Source of the DNA: Spirochaetia bacterium
GTDB lineage: Bacteria; Spirochaetota; Spirochaetia; WTKD01; G963693115
NCBI GenBank assembly: GCA_965226055.1
Contig: CBDDCA010000004.1
Coordinates: 64,001 to 128,000, forward strand
Reading direction: 5' to 3'
DNA: 64,000 nt
Made by a program: the position numbers and the translations under genes. The notes below the pieces were generated by a model. That model was not told where the DNA came from and searched no databases. It saw nothing but the letters and a program-made list of their open reading frames with translations. This document shows, one piece after another, positions 9,724 to 21,049 of this stretch (position 1 is its first letter; each line of letters begins with the position of its first letter).

Positions 9724-10152
9724 ATGGCTAAAGAAATATTTCGTCAAGTCAAGTTTCAGGTAGCTGCAGGAAAAGCAACTCCAGCACCACCAGTAGGAAC
9801 AGCACTTGGCCCTTTAGGAGTGGCAGCTCCTCAGTTTTGTACTCAATTTAATGAGCGAACAAAAAATATTGAACAAGGAATGAAAGTGCCTGTTGTAGTA
9901 ACGGTATATGAAGATCGTTCTTTTAGTTTTGTAGTAAAAACACCCCCTGCGGCGGTGTTGATAAAAAAGGAACTGGGACTCGAAAAAGGGTCAGCAGTAC
10001 CTCATACAACAAAAGTAGCAACTATCAATCAAGAGCAGTTACGTAAGATAGCTGATATAAAGCTCCCTGATCTCAGTGCTAACAGTGTTGAACAGGCAAT
10101 GAAAATTATTGCAGGAACCGCGCGTAGTATGGGCGTAAAGGTGGAAGGGTAG
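9724..10152 (+). CDS. rplK: 50S ribosomal protein L11
   Basis: [15 protein letters not shown]; IAGTARSMG. Confidence 0.98.
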   Translation: MAKEIFRQVKFQVAAGKATPAPPVGTALGPLGVAAPQFCTQFNERTKNIEQGMKVPVVVTVYEDRSFSFVVKTPPAAVLIKKELGLEKGSAVPHTTKVATINQEQLRKIADIKLPDLSANSVEQAMKIIAGTARSMGVKVEG

Positions 10153-10155
10153 CAT

Positions 10156-10836
10156 ATGTCAGCAAAAAAAGTGAGTAAAAGAAAAAAAAGCCTTAATGTA
10201 CTTGTTGATAAAAATAAGCTATATACAAGTAATGAAGCAGCAAAGTTAGTAAAAGAAACTGCTACTGCAAAATTTGATGAAAGCATTGAAATATCAATTA
10301 AGGTAAATATTAAAAAAGGGCAGAGTGTACGTGATACTATGGTATTGCCATATCAAGTAAGTAAAGAACAGAAAATTCTTGTGTTTGCACGTGGCGATAA
10401 AGCAAGCGAAGCAAGTGAAGCTGGGGCAAGTTATGTAGGAGATACTGATCTTATTCAGAAAATTCAGGGGGGATGGATGGATTTTGATGTAGTCATTGCT
10501 ACTCCTGATATGATGAAAGATGTAGGGAGGTTAGGTCCCATTCTTGGAAGAAGAGGGCTTATGCCAAACCCTAAAACAAAAACAGTTACCGTTGATGTTG
10601 CTCAGGCAGTAAAGGAGCTACAAAAAGGACGTCTTGAAATTCGTGCCGATAAAACAGGAGTAATACATCTTGTGGTAGGAAAAGCATCTATGGACATACA
10701 AAGCATTGCTGAGAATATTGAAGCTGTTATGAAAGAAGTAAAAACAAAAAAGCCTGCAGAAGCAAAAGGAGAGTTTATTATCTCTGTAGCTATAGCTTCA
10801 ACTATGGGGCCAGGAATAAAAATAGTATCAATATAG
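10156..10836 (+). CDS. rplA: 50S ribosomal protein L1
   Basis: KFDESIE; LGPILGRRGLMPNPK; STMGPG. Confidence 0.98.
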   Translation: MSAKKVSKRKKSLNVLVDKNKLYTSNEAAKLVKETATAKFDESIEISIKVNIKKGQSVRDTMVLPYQVSKEQKILVFARGDKASEASEAGASYVGDTDLIQKIQGGWMDFDVVIATPDMMKDVGRLGPILGRRGLMPNPKTKTVTVDVAQAVKELQKGRLEIRADKTGVIHLVVGKASMDIQSIAENIEAVMKEVKTKKPAEAKGEFIISVAIASTMGPGIKIVSI

Positions 10837-10894
10837 TATACAAATGAGTAGTATATTGGTATACATACCGTAAAAAAAGTATTTAGGAGGAAAA

Positions 10895-11419
10895 ATGAAG
10901 CCAGGAAGAATGCAAAGACAAGAGAAAGTAGAGAAAATAAAGCAGTATCTTGATAATTCAGATTCTTTTGTTATTAGTGATTACAGAGGACTTACTGTTG
11001 AACAGATAAGTGAAATACGCAGAGAACTTATGAAACATGAGGCAGAAATGCATGTTCATAAGAATAGATTTATAAAAATAGCCTTAAAAGACAAAGAGTA
11101 TCCCCAAGAAGTGATAGAGCAAATGACAGGGCCAAATGCTGTTGTGTATATACAAGGAGATATAAGTGCAGTACTTAAAACATTATTTGGATATGTCAAA
11201 AAAGAGTATCCTATTGAAGTACGTGGTTCATATGTAGATACTGGATTCTTAGATAAACAACAATCAGAAACATTATCAAAATTACCAAGCAAAGAGGTTA
11301 TGCTTGCTATGGTAATGGGGACCATGCAAGCTCCAGTGAGAAACTTGGCTTCAGGATTACAAGAAGTTATAGCGAGTTTTGCAAGAGCAGTACAAGCTGT
11401 AGCAGATTCAAAAAAGTAA
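10895..11419 (+). CDS. rplJ: 50S ribosomal protein L10
   Basis: DYRGLTVEQISEIRREL; KN motif; LSKLPSKE; synteny. Confidence 0.96.
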   Translation: MKPGRMQRQEKVEKIKQYLDNSDSFVISDYRGLTVEQISEIRRELMKHEAEMHVHKNRFIKIALKDKEYPQEVIEQMTGPNAVVYIQGDISAVLKTLFGYVKKEYPIEVRGSYVDTGFLDKQQSETLSKLPSKEVMLAMVMGTMQAPVRNLASGLQEVIASFARAVQAVADSKK

Positions 11420-11487
11420 AATAAAATTCGATTTTAGTCTTCTATAGTAAGCCTGCTATTGTCGAATAAAAAAAAGGAGAAGATAAT

Positions 11488-11871
11488 ATGGCGTTAACAA
11501 AAGATGAATTGTTGGAAGCTATTTCCAATATGTCAGTATTAGAGCTTTCAGAGCTTGTAAAAGCAATGGAAGAGAAATTTGGTGTTTCTGCTGCAGCCCC
11601 TGTTGCAGTTGCTGCTGCTCCAGCTCAAGGAGGCGGAGATGGTGGTGCTGATGCAGAAGAAAAAACGAGTTTTGATGTAGTTATTAAGTCAGTGTCTCAG
11701 AAAATACCAGTAATTAAAGTAGTAAAAACTATTACTGGACTCGGACTTAAAGAAACAAAAGAGCTTGTTGAAGGTGAAAACCAAAAAATAAAAAGTGGTA
11801 TTCCAAAAGCAGAAGCTGAGGATATCAAAAAGAAAGTGGAAGAAGCTGGCGCTACTGTAGAAATAGTATAA
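11488..11871 (+). CDS. rplL: 50S ribosomal protein L7/L12
   Basis: [28 protein letters not shown]; ITGLGLKE. Confidence 0.98.
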   Translation: MALTKDELLEAISNMSVLELSELVKAMEEKFGVSAAAPVAVAAAPAQGGGDGGADAEEKTSFDVVIKSVSQKIPVIKVVKTITGLGLKETKELVEGENQKIKSGIPKAEAEDIKKKVEEAGATVEIV

Positions 11872-11901
11872 GCAAGCTATTCTTTATATTACAATTTTTT
11901 A

Positions 11902-11934
11902 TACCTCTTTTTTCTTCACAAGAAAAAAGAGGTA
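11902..11934 (+). promoter_or_regulatory. Hairpin/attenuator between rplL and rpoB
   Basis: Perfect 15-bp inverted repeat TACCTCTTTTTTCTT-CAC-AAGAAAAAAGAGGTA. Confidence 0.6.
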
Positions 11935-11955
11935 CATCTACTATATGGAGGCATA

Positions 11956-14900
11956 ATGATTGCACCTAAAAATGCAGTGGGACGACAAAATCTTAGTGAT
12001 ACTGATGGGCGTTATGATATAGATATCCCAAACCTCATAGGAATACAACTCAATTCATTTGAAAATTTTATTCAGTTATCCCGTATTAAAAAAGGGGAAG
12101 AATTAAAAAATCAAGGATTAGAAGAGATTTTTAAGGAAGTATTTCCCATTGAAAGTAATAAAGGAGCGTTGATACTAGAATATAGTTCCTATTTTCTAGA
12201 GTTTGATAAGGTAGTATATACCCCAAAAGAATGTATGGAAAAAGGAATAAGTTACGCAGCTCCCTTACTCATTCGTGTAAGTTTATTTTCAAAAGAAACA
12301 GGAGAGATACGTGAACGTGAACTCTATTTAGGAGATATGCCTCTTATGACTGAGCGTGGAACTTTTATTATCAATGGGGCAGAACGTGTAATGGTAAGTC
12401 AAATACACAGAAGTCCTGGGGTAGTGTTTGAGTGGGGAGGAAGTAGTAGAATACGTGAATCTCTTACTGCTCGGATTATTCCGTATCGTGGTTCTTGGAT
12501 AGAGTTTGAAATTGATGTGAGAAAAAAATGTGTGTGGGTGCGTATTGATAAATACTCTAAGGTGCTTGCTACTCTGTTTTTACGTATGGTAGGCTTTGAT
12601 ACTCGAGAGAGTATTGTGAGTGCTTTTTACTCTGATAGTGAAATGGTGGATATTACAAAAGTACCTGCTGTAGAGTTGGATGGTCGAGTTTTGTACAAAA
12701 CTATAGTAGTAAAAGATGAAGATGATACTATTCTTTTTAAGAAACTTGCAGGAGAAAAAATTCTTGTTGCTGATATTGATGATATGTTAGCGTCAGGCAT
12801 AAAAAAAATATCTCTTATTAAAGGTATTGATTCTTCACAGACAACTGATATGCTACTCTTAAATTGTTTTGAGCAAGAACTGGCATTGCACCAAGAAGCA
12901 GGGGAATTAGAACCTCAATTTGAAAGAGTATGTAAGGTATTTATTACGGCCTTAAAAATGAGTGATCGTAATGAGCCCGAGATTGCACAAAAAGAACTGC
13001 ACGGTATGTTCTTTGATAGTAAACGCTATGATTTAGGGAGTGTTGGTCGGTATAAAATAAACAAAAAACTGAACTATAAGAAAGATATTAAAGATACTAC
13101 CCTCATGCAAGAGGATTTAGTACATACTCTCAAGCATCTTATAAAGCTGTATAAAGGAGAGGAACAGGTTGATGATATAGATCATTTAGGAAATAGAAGA
13201 GTAAGAGCAGTAGGAGAACTGATAGGGCTTGAGTTTAAGAAAGCACTTATCCGTGTCTCAAGAAATGCAAAAGAAAAACTTTCAATAAAAGAGAGGCGAA
13301 GTGACTTAAAAATACAAGATTTACTCACTATAAAACCTATACTGAGTGCAATTAAAGAATTTTTTGGTTCATCGCAATTATGTCAATTTATGGATGAAAT
13401 AAATCCTCTGGCAACGCTTACTCATAAAAGACGATTAAATGCGCTAGGTCCTGGAGGACTTACAAGAGAAAGAGCAGGTTTTGATGTTCGTGATATTCAT
13501 TTTTCTCATTATGGGAGAGTGTGTCCTATTGAATCGCCCGAAGGTCCTAATATTGGGCTTATTATGTCTCTGACAAACTATGCACAGGTAAATGAATATG
13601 GTTTCTTAGAAACTCCGTATCGAAAAGTAGAAAAAGGAAAAGTAACTAATAAAATAGAATATCTTTCTGCAATGGAAGAAGATTATTCTATCATTGTACA
13701 GTCTGATGCGATATTGAATAAAGATGGTACTTTTAAGCAAAAATTAGTGCCAGCACGAAGTAAAGGAGATTATTTTAATGCTTCTCCTGATGAAGTGCAG
13801 TTTATGGAGGTGTCTCCTAAACAGTTAGTGTCTGTATCTACTTCGCTTATTCCTTTTCTTGAGCATGATGATGCAAACCGTGCTCTTATGGGTTCAAATA
13901 TGCAACGTCAAGCAGTGCCTTTGCTGAAGCCACAGGCTCCTAGGGTAGGGACAGGTATGGAGCTTAAGGCAGCATATGATTCTGGAGTAGTACAAATAGC
14001 AAAAAGAGCTGGTCAAGTCAAGAAAATTACAAACGATGTTATAGAAATAGTTTCTAAAAATGAAAATGCAAAAGAGCATATTGATACATATCCTCTTATT
14101 AAATATAAGCGTACAAATCAGGATACATGTTATTCTCAAAGGCCTGTCGTAAAAGTAAATCAAAATATCAAAGAAGGAGAAATTATTTCCGATGGTCCTT
14201 CTACTGATGGGGGAGAGTTAGCTTTAGGTCGTAATGTGCTTGTAGGATTTTTGCCATGGAATGGGTATAATTTTGAGGATGCTATTGTAGTGTCTGAACG
14301 TGTTGTTCAAGAAGATGCGTTTACTTCTATTCACTTGAAAGAATTTCAGGTTGAAGTACATGAAACGAGACAAGGGGTAGAAATAATAACAAATGATATT
14401 CCTAATGTATCAGAAAGAATTTTGGGTAAACTTGATGATACAGGCATTATAACAGTAGGATCAAAAGTATATGCAAATGATATTTTAGTAGGAAAAATAA
14501 GTCCAAAAGCTGATTCTGAAATAGAACCAGAAAAAAGATTGATAACACATGTATTTGGTGAAAAAGGAAAAGAAGTACGCGATACTTCTTTGCGTTTGCC
14601 TCATGGTGTTGATGGTACTGTTATTGATGTCAAGCGATTGTCTCGAGAAACAGGGGATAGATTATCACCAGGAGTACAAGAAGTAGTAAAAGTTATTATT
14701 GCAGCAAAACGAAGATTAAAAGAAGGGGATAAAATGGCAGGGCGTCACGGAAACAAGGGAGTAATTGCAAAAATTGTTCCTGTAGAAGACATGCCTTATA
14801 TGGAAGATGGTACCCCGCTTGATATTTGTTTAAGTCCCTTAGGAGTGCCTTCACGTATGAATATTGGACAATTACTGGAAGCTGAGCTTGGCTTTGCAGT

Positions 14901-15471
14901 GCATAAATTGGATAAGTATGTTACTACGCCTATTTTTGAATCAGCGACACGTGAAAAAATCAATGAGTTGAAAAAAGAGGCAGGTATTCCAGAGTCGAGT
15001 AAGGTTACTTTGTATGACGGAAAAACAGGAGAAGCCTTACAAAATCCTGTAACAGTTGGAGTATTGTATATGTTAAAGTTGCATCATCTTGTTGATGAAA
15101 AAATGCATGCACGTTGTACTGGTACTTACTCTCTTGTTACACAGCAACCACTTGGAGGAAAAGCACAGTTTGGCGGACAGCGGCTAGGAGAGATGGAAGT
15201 ATGGGCATTGGAAGCATATGGTGCTTCTCATACATTGAATGAATTTATGACAGTAAAATCTGATGATTTACAAGGGCGATTGAAGATTTATGAATCTATC
15301 GTGAAAGGAAAAAATTATACCGAAGGGGGAGTGCCAGAATCATTTCGGGTTCTTATGCACGAGTTGCGTGGTTTGGGCTTAAATATTACTGTATTTTCTC
15401 CGTCAGGAAATCAAGTAGCTTTAACTGAAAGAGATGATGAAATTATCAAAAAAATGGAACAGAGTTTTTAG
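11956..15471 (+). CDS. rpoB: RNA polymerase beta subunit
   Basis: GTFIINGAERV; GDKMAGRHGNKG; KAQFGGQRLGEMEVWALEAYGA. Confidence 0.99.
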   Translation: MIAPKNAVGRQNLSDTDGRYDIDIPNLIGIQLNSFENFIQLSRIKKGEELKNQGLEEIFKEVFPIESNKGALILEYSSYFLEFDKVVYTPKECMEKGISYAAPLLIRVSLFSKETGEIRERELYLGDMPLMTERGTFIINGAERVMVSQIHRSPGVVFEWGGSSRIRESLTARIIPYRGSWIEFEIDVRKKCVWVRIDKYSKVLATLFLRMVGFDTRESIVSAFYSDSEMVDITKVPAVELDGRVLYKTIVVKDEDDTILFKKLAGEKILVADIDDMLASGIKKISLIKGIDSSQTTDMLLLNCFEQELALHQEAGELEPQFERVCKVFITALKMSDRNEPEIAQKELHGMFFDSKRYDLGSVGRYKINKKLNYKKDIKDTTLMQEDLVHTLKHLIKLYKGEEQVDDIDHLGNRRVRAVGELIGLEFKKALIRVSRNAKEKLSIKERRSDLKIQDLLTIKPILSAIKEFFGSSQLCQFMDEINPLATLTHKRRLNALGPGGLTRERAGFDVRDIHFSHYGRVCPIESPEGPNIGLIMSLTNYAQVNEYGFLETPYRKVEKGKVTNKIEYLSAMEEDYSIIVQSDAILNKDGTFKQKLVPARSKGDYFNASPDEVQFMEVSPKQLVSVSTSLIPFLEHDDANRALMGSNMQRQAVPLLKPQAPRVGTGMELKAAYDSGVVQIAKRAGQVKKITNDVIEIVSKNENAKEHIDTYPLIKYKRTNQDTCYSQRPVVKVNQNIKEGEIISDGPSTDGGELALGRNVLVGFLPWNGYNFEDAIVVSERVVQEDAFTSIHLKEFQVEVHETRQGVEIITNDIPNVSERILGKLDDTGIITVGSKVYANDILVGKISPKADSEIEPEKRLITHVFGEKGKEVRDTSLRLPHGVDGTVIDVKRLSRETGDRLSPGVQEVVKVIIAAKRRLKEGDKMAGRHGNKGVIAKIVPVEDMPYMEDGTPLDICLSPLGVPSRMNIGQLLEAELGFAVHKLDKYVTTPIFESATREKINELKKEAGIPESSKVTLYDGKTGEALQNPVTVGVLYMLKLHHLVDEKMHARCTGTYSLVTQQPLGGKAQFGGQRLGEMEVWALEAYGASHTLNEFMTVKSDDLQGRLKIYESIVKGKNYTEGGVPESFRVLMHELRGLGLNITVFSPSGNQVALTERDDEIIKKMEQSF

Positions 15472-15534
15472 AGATTATGTTTACAGTAGTAGCATATAAG
15501 AGATACATAGTAAAATAAAGTAGGAGTGCAGTGT

Positions 15535-18500
15535 ATGCAAAAATTTTCAGCAGCAAACTTAGATATAGATAATGTAAAATTAAGCTTAGCTTCTCCAGAA
15601 CAGATTCGTTCGTGGAGCTATGGTGAGGTAAAAACACAAGAAACAATAAACTATCGAACTCTTAAGCCCGAAAAAGACGGTCTTTTTTGTGAAAAAATAT
15701 TTGGCACTACAAAGGATTGGGAATGTCAATGTGGAAAATTTAAGTCAAGTCGTTATAAAGGCGTTATTTGTGATAGGTGTGGAGTAGAGGTAACTCATAG
15801 TAAACTGAGGCGTGAGCGTATGGGAAGTATAGAGTTAGTTTCTCCTGTTGCTCATGTATGGGTATATAAATCTGTGCCTTCTAAGCTAGGAGATTTTTTA
15901 GGTATTTCTGGTGCTAATTTACGTTCAGTATTATTATATGATAAATATATAGTTGTAGATCCAGGGAATACTGATCGTAAGCAAATGGATGTCATCAGTA
16001 AACGAGAATATGAAGATTTAGAGCAACGAAATGTTGAATTTTCAGTAGGAAAAGGAGCAGAAACAATAAAACAGCTTCTTATGCAGATAGATTTAGAACA
16101 GCTTATTCAAGATCTTAGGCGTGAAATGAAAGAAAAGGATAGTAAATCTAATTCTCAGTTGCTAAGACGTCTTGAAATAGCTGAGCAATTTCGTCATTCA
16201 GGAAATAAGCCTTCATGGATGATCATGGATGTTATTCCAGTTATTCCTCCTGATTTACGTCCTATGGTGCAATTAGATGGAGGTCGTTTTGCAACCTCTG
16301 ACTTAAATGATTTATATCGCCGTGTTATTCGGACAAATGATCGTGTAAGAAAAATGATTTCTATTCGTGCTCCACAAATTATGATAGAAAATGAAAAGCG
16401 AATGTTACAACAAGCAGTAGATGTACTGTTTGATAATACCAAAGATACAAAACTTACGACAGGAAGAAAATCGAAATGCCTAGCTGATATGCTACGAGGA
16501 AAGCAAGGAAGATTTCGACAAAATCTTTTAGGAAAACGAGTTGATTATTCTGGACGTTCGGTGGTGGTAGTGGGGCCTGAGCTAAAAATTCATCAGTGCG
16601 GAGTGCCTGTAAAAATGGCAATGGAACTGTTTAAGCCGTTTATTGAGCAAAAACTTATTGATAAGGGAGTTGTATTTAATGTTAAACGTGCAAGAACGCT
16701 TATTGAACAAGAAGCTGAAGAAGTGTATGAAATACTTGATGAGGTAGTAAGCGAGCATCCAGTACTGCTTAATCGAGCTCCTACTCTCCATAGGTTAGGG
16801 TTTCAAGCCTTTGAACCTATATTGGTAGAAGGGAAAGCATTGCGACTTCATCCGCTTGTATGTCATGCATACAATGCTGATTTTGATGGAGATCAAATGG
16901 CGATACACATACCTCTTTCACAGGCATCACAAACGGAATGTTGGGGGCTTATGTTATCTGCTCGAAATTTACTCAATCCTGCCAATGGAGAGCCAATTGT
17001 CTTTCCTTCACAGGACATGGTATTAGGAAATTATTATCTTACAGGAATACGTAAGGGAGCAAAAGGAGAAGGGAAGCGGTTTAGAAATACACAAGAGGTT
17101 ATGTTTGCACTAGAATCTGGATATGTAGATTATCAAGCATGTATTGTAGTACGACATAGAGGAAAATTGCTTGAAACTACGCCTGGACGTATTATTTTTT
17201 CTTCTGCATTACCAAATGAAATTCCATTTCAAAATAAGACTTTTGATGAAAAAGCACTGCGTACTCTTATCAGCACCGTATATAATGAATATGGTACTGC
17301 TATTTTGGTTGATATGCTTGATATTCTTAAAGAGTTAGGATTTAAGTATTCTACTTTGTTTGGATCTACTATTGGGGTAGGTGATATTATTATTCCTGAT
17401 AATAAACCAGAGCTTATTAAAAATGCAGATAAAGAAATTACAAATATACAAAATCAATATCAATCAGGAATTATTACAAACGAAGAGCGCTATAATCGTG
17501 TAGTAGAAATTTGGAATAAGACAAATAATCAGCTTACTGATGATCTTATGGATAATCTTGAGAGGGATATGAATGGATATAATCCTATATTTGTTATGGC
17601 ACATTCAGGAGCAAGAGGAAGTAAAAATCAAATACGACAGCTTGGAGGAATGCGCGGTCTTATGGCAAAGCCTTCGGGGGATATTATTGAACTTCCTATT
17701 CGTTCTAATTTTAAGGAAGGTTTGAGTGTATTAGAGTTTTTTATTTCTACTAATGGGGCAAGGAAAGGGTTGGCAGATACTGCTCTTAAAACAGCGGATG
17801 CAGGGTATCTTACGAGACGGCTTGTGGATATTGCACAAAATGTAGTGGTGTCTACCGAAGATTGTGGTACTATTAATGGAATAGAGGTAAGAGCAATTAA
17901 AGATGGGGAAGAGATAGTCGAATCTCTTGCTGATCGTATTAAAGGATGTTATACGCTTGAACGTGTTATACATCCTATTTCAAATGAAATGGTGCTTGAT
18001 ATTAACTCAGAAATAACCGAAGAGAAAGCAAAATATATAGAAGAAATAGGGATAGAACAGGTAATTATTCGTTCGGTGCTTACTTGTGAAGCAAGACATG
18101 GGGTATGTCAAAAATGTTATGGATACGATCTTGCAACTAATCATACCATTGGTATTGGTGAAGCGGTAGGGGTGATTGCTGCACAATCTATTGGACAGCC
18201 AGGGACCCAGCTTACTATGAGAACATTTCACGTAGGGGGAGTTGCTACCAGTGAAAACCAAGATAATTCTATTATTCTTAGTTATCCTGTGCTAATAGGA
18301 AGCATCAGTGGGAGTAAGGTAACTTTAGGTGATGGAAGCATCATGATGACACGGAAAGGGTATTTGAAAGTATCGCGTATTTTTAATCAATACTCTCTTT
18401 CTGATGTGAAGAAATTGCATGTGAAAGATGCTCAAAAAGTACCTAAAGATTTTGTTATTGCAGACTTAAAAAATAAAGAAAGTATACATACTGATAAGCC

Positions 18501-19770
18501 TTGTATTGCAAGGGTTATTGATGATATATTATTACTGGTGAATGTGGAGCAGGAAATTGAACTTCGTACTGGAACTAAACTGACAGTAGAAGAAAATCAG
18601 ATAGTAGCAGAGAGAGAGAAAATTGCTGAGTTTGATATTTTTAGCGAACCTATTATTAGTGAGTTTCAGGGATTTGTAAAATATGAAGATATTATTCCCG
18701 GTACTACTATGCGAGAGGAAATAAACCAAGAGACAGGGCGTAGTGAGAAAAAGATTATTGAAACAAATTTGCCTTCTATTAACCCTCGTATTATTGTGCT
18801 TGATCAGAATGGGGAAGAGTTAGGAGTATACTCACTTCCTTTTAATTCTTATCTCAGTATAGATAATGGGCAAGAGGTAGAGATTGGACAGATTATGGCT
18901 AAGATGCCTCAAGAAAGTGTAAAAACACGTGACATTACAGGGGGACTTCCTAAGATTAGTAAGCTCTTTGAAGCTCATAATCCAAAAGAAATATCTGCAG
19001 TGTTAGCTAAAATTGATGGGACAGTGAAAAGTATTCAATCAAAGGATAGGGGGCGTACAGTAGTGATTGAGGATATTTTTGCAAAAAAATATGAACATCA
19101 AATACCGTTAGGAAGGCATATGCTAGTGCGAGCAGGGGATCAAGTAAAGGCAGGAGAACTGCTTTGTGAAGGGGAAATTAGTCCACATGATATGTTAGAT
19201 ATTTTAGGAGAAAATGTATTACAGTTGTTTCTTATCAATGAAATTCAAGAAGTATATCGATTGCAAGGGGTGAATATAAACGATAAGCATATTGGAGTAA
19301 TTATTCGTCAAATGATGCGCATGTTAGAAGTAGTACAGGTAGGAGATACTCCTCTTATTCAAGGGCAGCTTATTGATAGATTTAAGTTTCGTGAAGAGAA
19401 TGAAGCTATTATTAAAAAGGGTGGACAACCAGCTATTGCAAAACCATGTTTGTTAGGAGTAAAGAAAGCAAGTATCAATGTTGATTCTTTCCTTTCTGCT
19501 GCTTCTTTTCAAGAAACAACAAAAGTACTTACCAACAAAGCGATAGAAGGAGCAGTGGATAACCTTAATGGATTAAAAGAAAATCTTATACTAGGGCAGC
19601 TGATTCCTGCTGGGACAGGATTATCGTATTATAGAAATATAGAGTTGTTTGATAAAGATTCAAAAAATCTTGATGATAAAGTGCAAGAAATTTTGGAACA
19701 AAGAGAGTTTGAAAAAGAAGAAATTCGCAAGAATGCTCAAATTGAAGAACAAAATGATCCAGTGTTTTAG
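15535..19770 (+). CDS. rpoC: RNA polymerase beta' subunit
   Basis: Catalytic [10 protein letters not shown] motif and Zn-binding cysteines; ATG at 15535 preferred because of the GGAG SD. Confidence 0.99.
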   Translation: MQKFSAANLDIDNVKLSLASPEQIRSWSYGEVKTQETINYRTLKPEKDGLFCEKIFGTTKDWECQCGKFKSSRYKGVICDRCGVEVTHSKLRRERMGSIELVSPVAHVWVYKSVPSKLGDFLGISGANLRSVLLYDKYIVVDPGNTDRKQMDVISKREYEDLEQRNVEFSVGKGAETIKQLLMQIDLEQLIQDLRREMKEKDSKSNSQLLRRLEIAEQFRHSGNKPSWMIMDVIPVIPPDLRPMVQLDGGRFATSDLNDLYRRVIRTNDRVRKMISIRAPQIMIENEKRMLQQAVDVLFDNTKDTKLTTGRKSKCLADMLRGKQGRFRQNLLGKRVDYSGRSVVVVGPELKIHQCGVPVKMAMELFKPFIEQKLIDKGVVFNVKRARTLIEQEAEEVYEILDEVVSEHPVLLNRAPTLHRLGFQAFEPILVEGKALRLHPLVCHAYNADFDGDQMAIHIPLSQASQTECWGLMLSARNLLNPANGEPIVFPSQDMVLGNYYLTGIRKGAKGEGKRFRNTQEVMFALESGYVDYQACIVVRHRGKLLETTPGRIIFSSALPNEIPFQNKTFDEKALRTLISTVYNEYGTAILVDMLDILKELGFKYSTLFGSTIGVGDIIIPDNKPELIKNADKEITNIQNQYQSGIITNEERYNRVVEIWNKTNNQLTDDLMDNLERDMNGYNPIFVMAHSGARGSKNQIRQLGGMRGLMAKPSGDIIELPIRSNFKEGLSVLEFFISTNGARKGLADTALKTADAGYLTRRLVDIAQNVVVSTEDCGTINGIEVRAIKDGEEIVESLADRIKGCYTLERVIHPISNEMVLDINSEITEEKAKYIEEIGIEQVIIRSVLTCEARHGVCQKCYGYDLATNHTIGIGEAVGVIAAQSIGQPGTQLTMRTFHVGGVATSENQDNSIILSYPVLIGSISGSKVTLGDGSIMMTRKGYLKVSRIFNQYSLSDVKKLHVKDAQKVPKDFVIADLKNKESIHTDKPCIARVIDDILLLVNVEQEIELRTGTKLTVEENQIVAEREKIAEFDIFSEPIISEFQGFVKYEDIIPGTTMREEINQETGRSEKKIIETNLPSINPRIIVLDQNGEELGVYSLPFNSYLSIDNGQEVEIGQIMAKMPQESVKTRDITGGLPKISKLFEAHNPKEISAVLAKIDGTVKSIQSKDRGRTVVIEDIFAKKYEHQIPLGRHMLVRAGDQVKAGELLCEGEISPHDMLDILGENVLQLFLINEIQEVYRLQGVNINDKHIGVIIRQMMRMLEVVQVGDTPLIQGQLIDRFKFREENEAIIKKGGQPAIAKPCLLGVKKASINVDSFLSAASFQETTKVLTNKAIEGAVDNLNGLKENLILGQLIPAGTGLSYYRNIELFDKDSKNLDDKVQEILEQREFEKEEIRKNAQIEEQNDPVF

Positions 19771-19774
19771 GTAA

Positions 19775-20005
19775 TCAGGGTATGAAACTTACATATGTAC
19801 ACAAACATCCTTTGTGGTAGAGTAGGTCTTTCTTATACTGCTTTGTAAGTGCTACTTGCCTCTGTGCAAGTAATATTTTTGTGTCGAGGCTCTGTAGAAA
19901 AGATGCTATCTTTTGTTGTTCAGGGAGGGAAGGGAGCGTTATTTTTATAGCTGCCAAATTTGTAGAATTTATGGCAGGATAGTGTGAAAATCTTTCATGT
20001 CGCAT
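19775..20005 (-). pseudogene. hsdS: Orphan fragment of a type I R-M specificity subunit (HsdS conserved helical region)
   Basis: YPAINSTNLAAIKITLPSLPEQQKIASFLQSLDTKI...KKDLL matches the HsdS P.L.EQ.KIA.FL..LD..I motif; no TRD, hsdM or hsdR in the window. Confidence 0.75.
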
Positions 20006-20076
20006 GTAATGCTTGAACTCGTGATTTGTATGTCTATAGCCTCTACAATTTGTTTTGTATTTGTTATAATCTATCT

Positions 20077-20721
20077 ATGGAAGAAGAAGTCAAAATAAAT
20101 TGGAAATATATAGTAGATGAGAAACATTTTAAAAAAAACCCTGAAATACTAAACTTTATTTATGATAATGCAATAAAACTTATTAATAGTATAAAAACAG
20201 TATCAGATAAACATAATTCAAAAGCTACAGTTTTATTAACAAGCTGCATACTAATAATAGTTGCAATGATACCTATAATTAAAGGAATAATACCTGCAGT
20301 ACCAAAAGATATATATCTTAATAGTATGATAAGTACTATTATACTATCAGTTCCATTACTATTATATTTGATATTGTTTGTGCTTGTTTTCGTATATATT
20401 TTTCGTGCAGCTCTGAAATTTAATAATATATTAGGAATAGAGAGTGAAGTTTTTCCATACCCAACTCCTTCAGCTTTTTTTGATAATGAATTATATAAGA
20501 ATAATAGTATAAAAATAAAAATAGGAATAATACGATTATTAGAAGATATAATACATGAAAACTATGAAAAGACAGTACAAAAAGATAAACTATTTCTTCA
20601 AGGAAAAAAAATGTTTCAAAAAGGGATTGTTTTGTTGTGCTGTGCATTCATATTATTTTTGATAATGCACATAGTGATAACACCATTATTAAAATATATG
20701 TTACTTTTAGGGGTGCTATAA
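20077..20721 (+). CDS. Hypothetical 3-TM membrane protein, resembling Pycsar-effector (DUF5706)-like proteins
   Basis: Helix ending DKHNSKATVLL, two TMs, soluble loop, C-terminal TM; ATG at 20077 follows a TGnTATAAT box. Family call is a tentative resemblance. Confidence 0.55.
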   Translation: MEEEVKINWKYIVDEKHFKKNPEILNFIYDNAIKLINSIKTVSDKHNSKATVLLTSCILIIVAMIPIIKGIIPAVPKDIYLNSMISTIILSVPLLLYLILFVLVFVYIFRAALKFNNILGIESEVFPYPTPSAFFDNELYKNNSIKIKIGIIRLLEDIIHENYEKTVQKDKLFLQGKKMFQKGIVLLCCAFILFLIMHIVITPLLKYMLLLGVL

Positions 20722-20735
20722 AATTGTTATATGTA

Positions 20736-20888
20736 CTATTTCTTTGCGTAATTGTTTTTTTCTTTATTAGTTTTTGAGGGGAAATTTACATTTTCTTGTG
20801 CTCTCATGTACTTGCTAATACTAAAAGATGGTATGGTATTAGAAAAATTTACTTCTTTTGTAGTATTTTCTTTTTTCATTTTACTCAT
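20736..20888 (-). CDS. Candidate 50-aa small protein (not in ORF track)
   Basis: ATG..TAG ORF MSKMKKENTTKEVNFSNTIPSFSISKYMRAQENVNFPSKTNKEKNNYAKK, preceded by TTGACT...TGcTATTAT 6 nt upstream of the ATG. Confidence 0.4.
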   Translation of the reverse strand: MSKMKKENTTKEVNFSNTIPSFSISKYMRAQENVNFPSKTNKEKNNYAKK

Positions 20889-21049
20889 AAGTTTATAATA
20901 GCATATTATATAGTTTTTTAGTCAATGAAAAGCACAAGTTCAAGTATTAAATGTGAAAAAGAAGTGCAAAATCCACAGTTACATTATTTTTTTATTTACT
21001 TTATAATAGTAACTAAAGAAAGTAACTATGAGTACTGAGAGAGGAAGTT

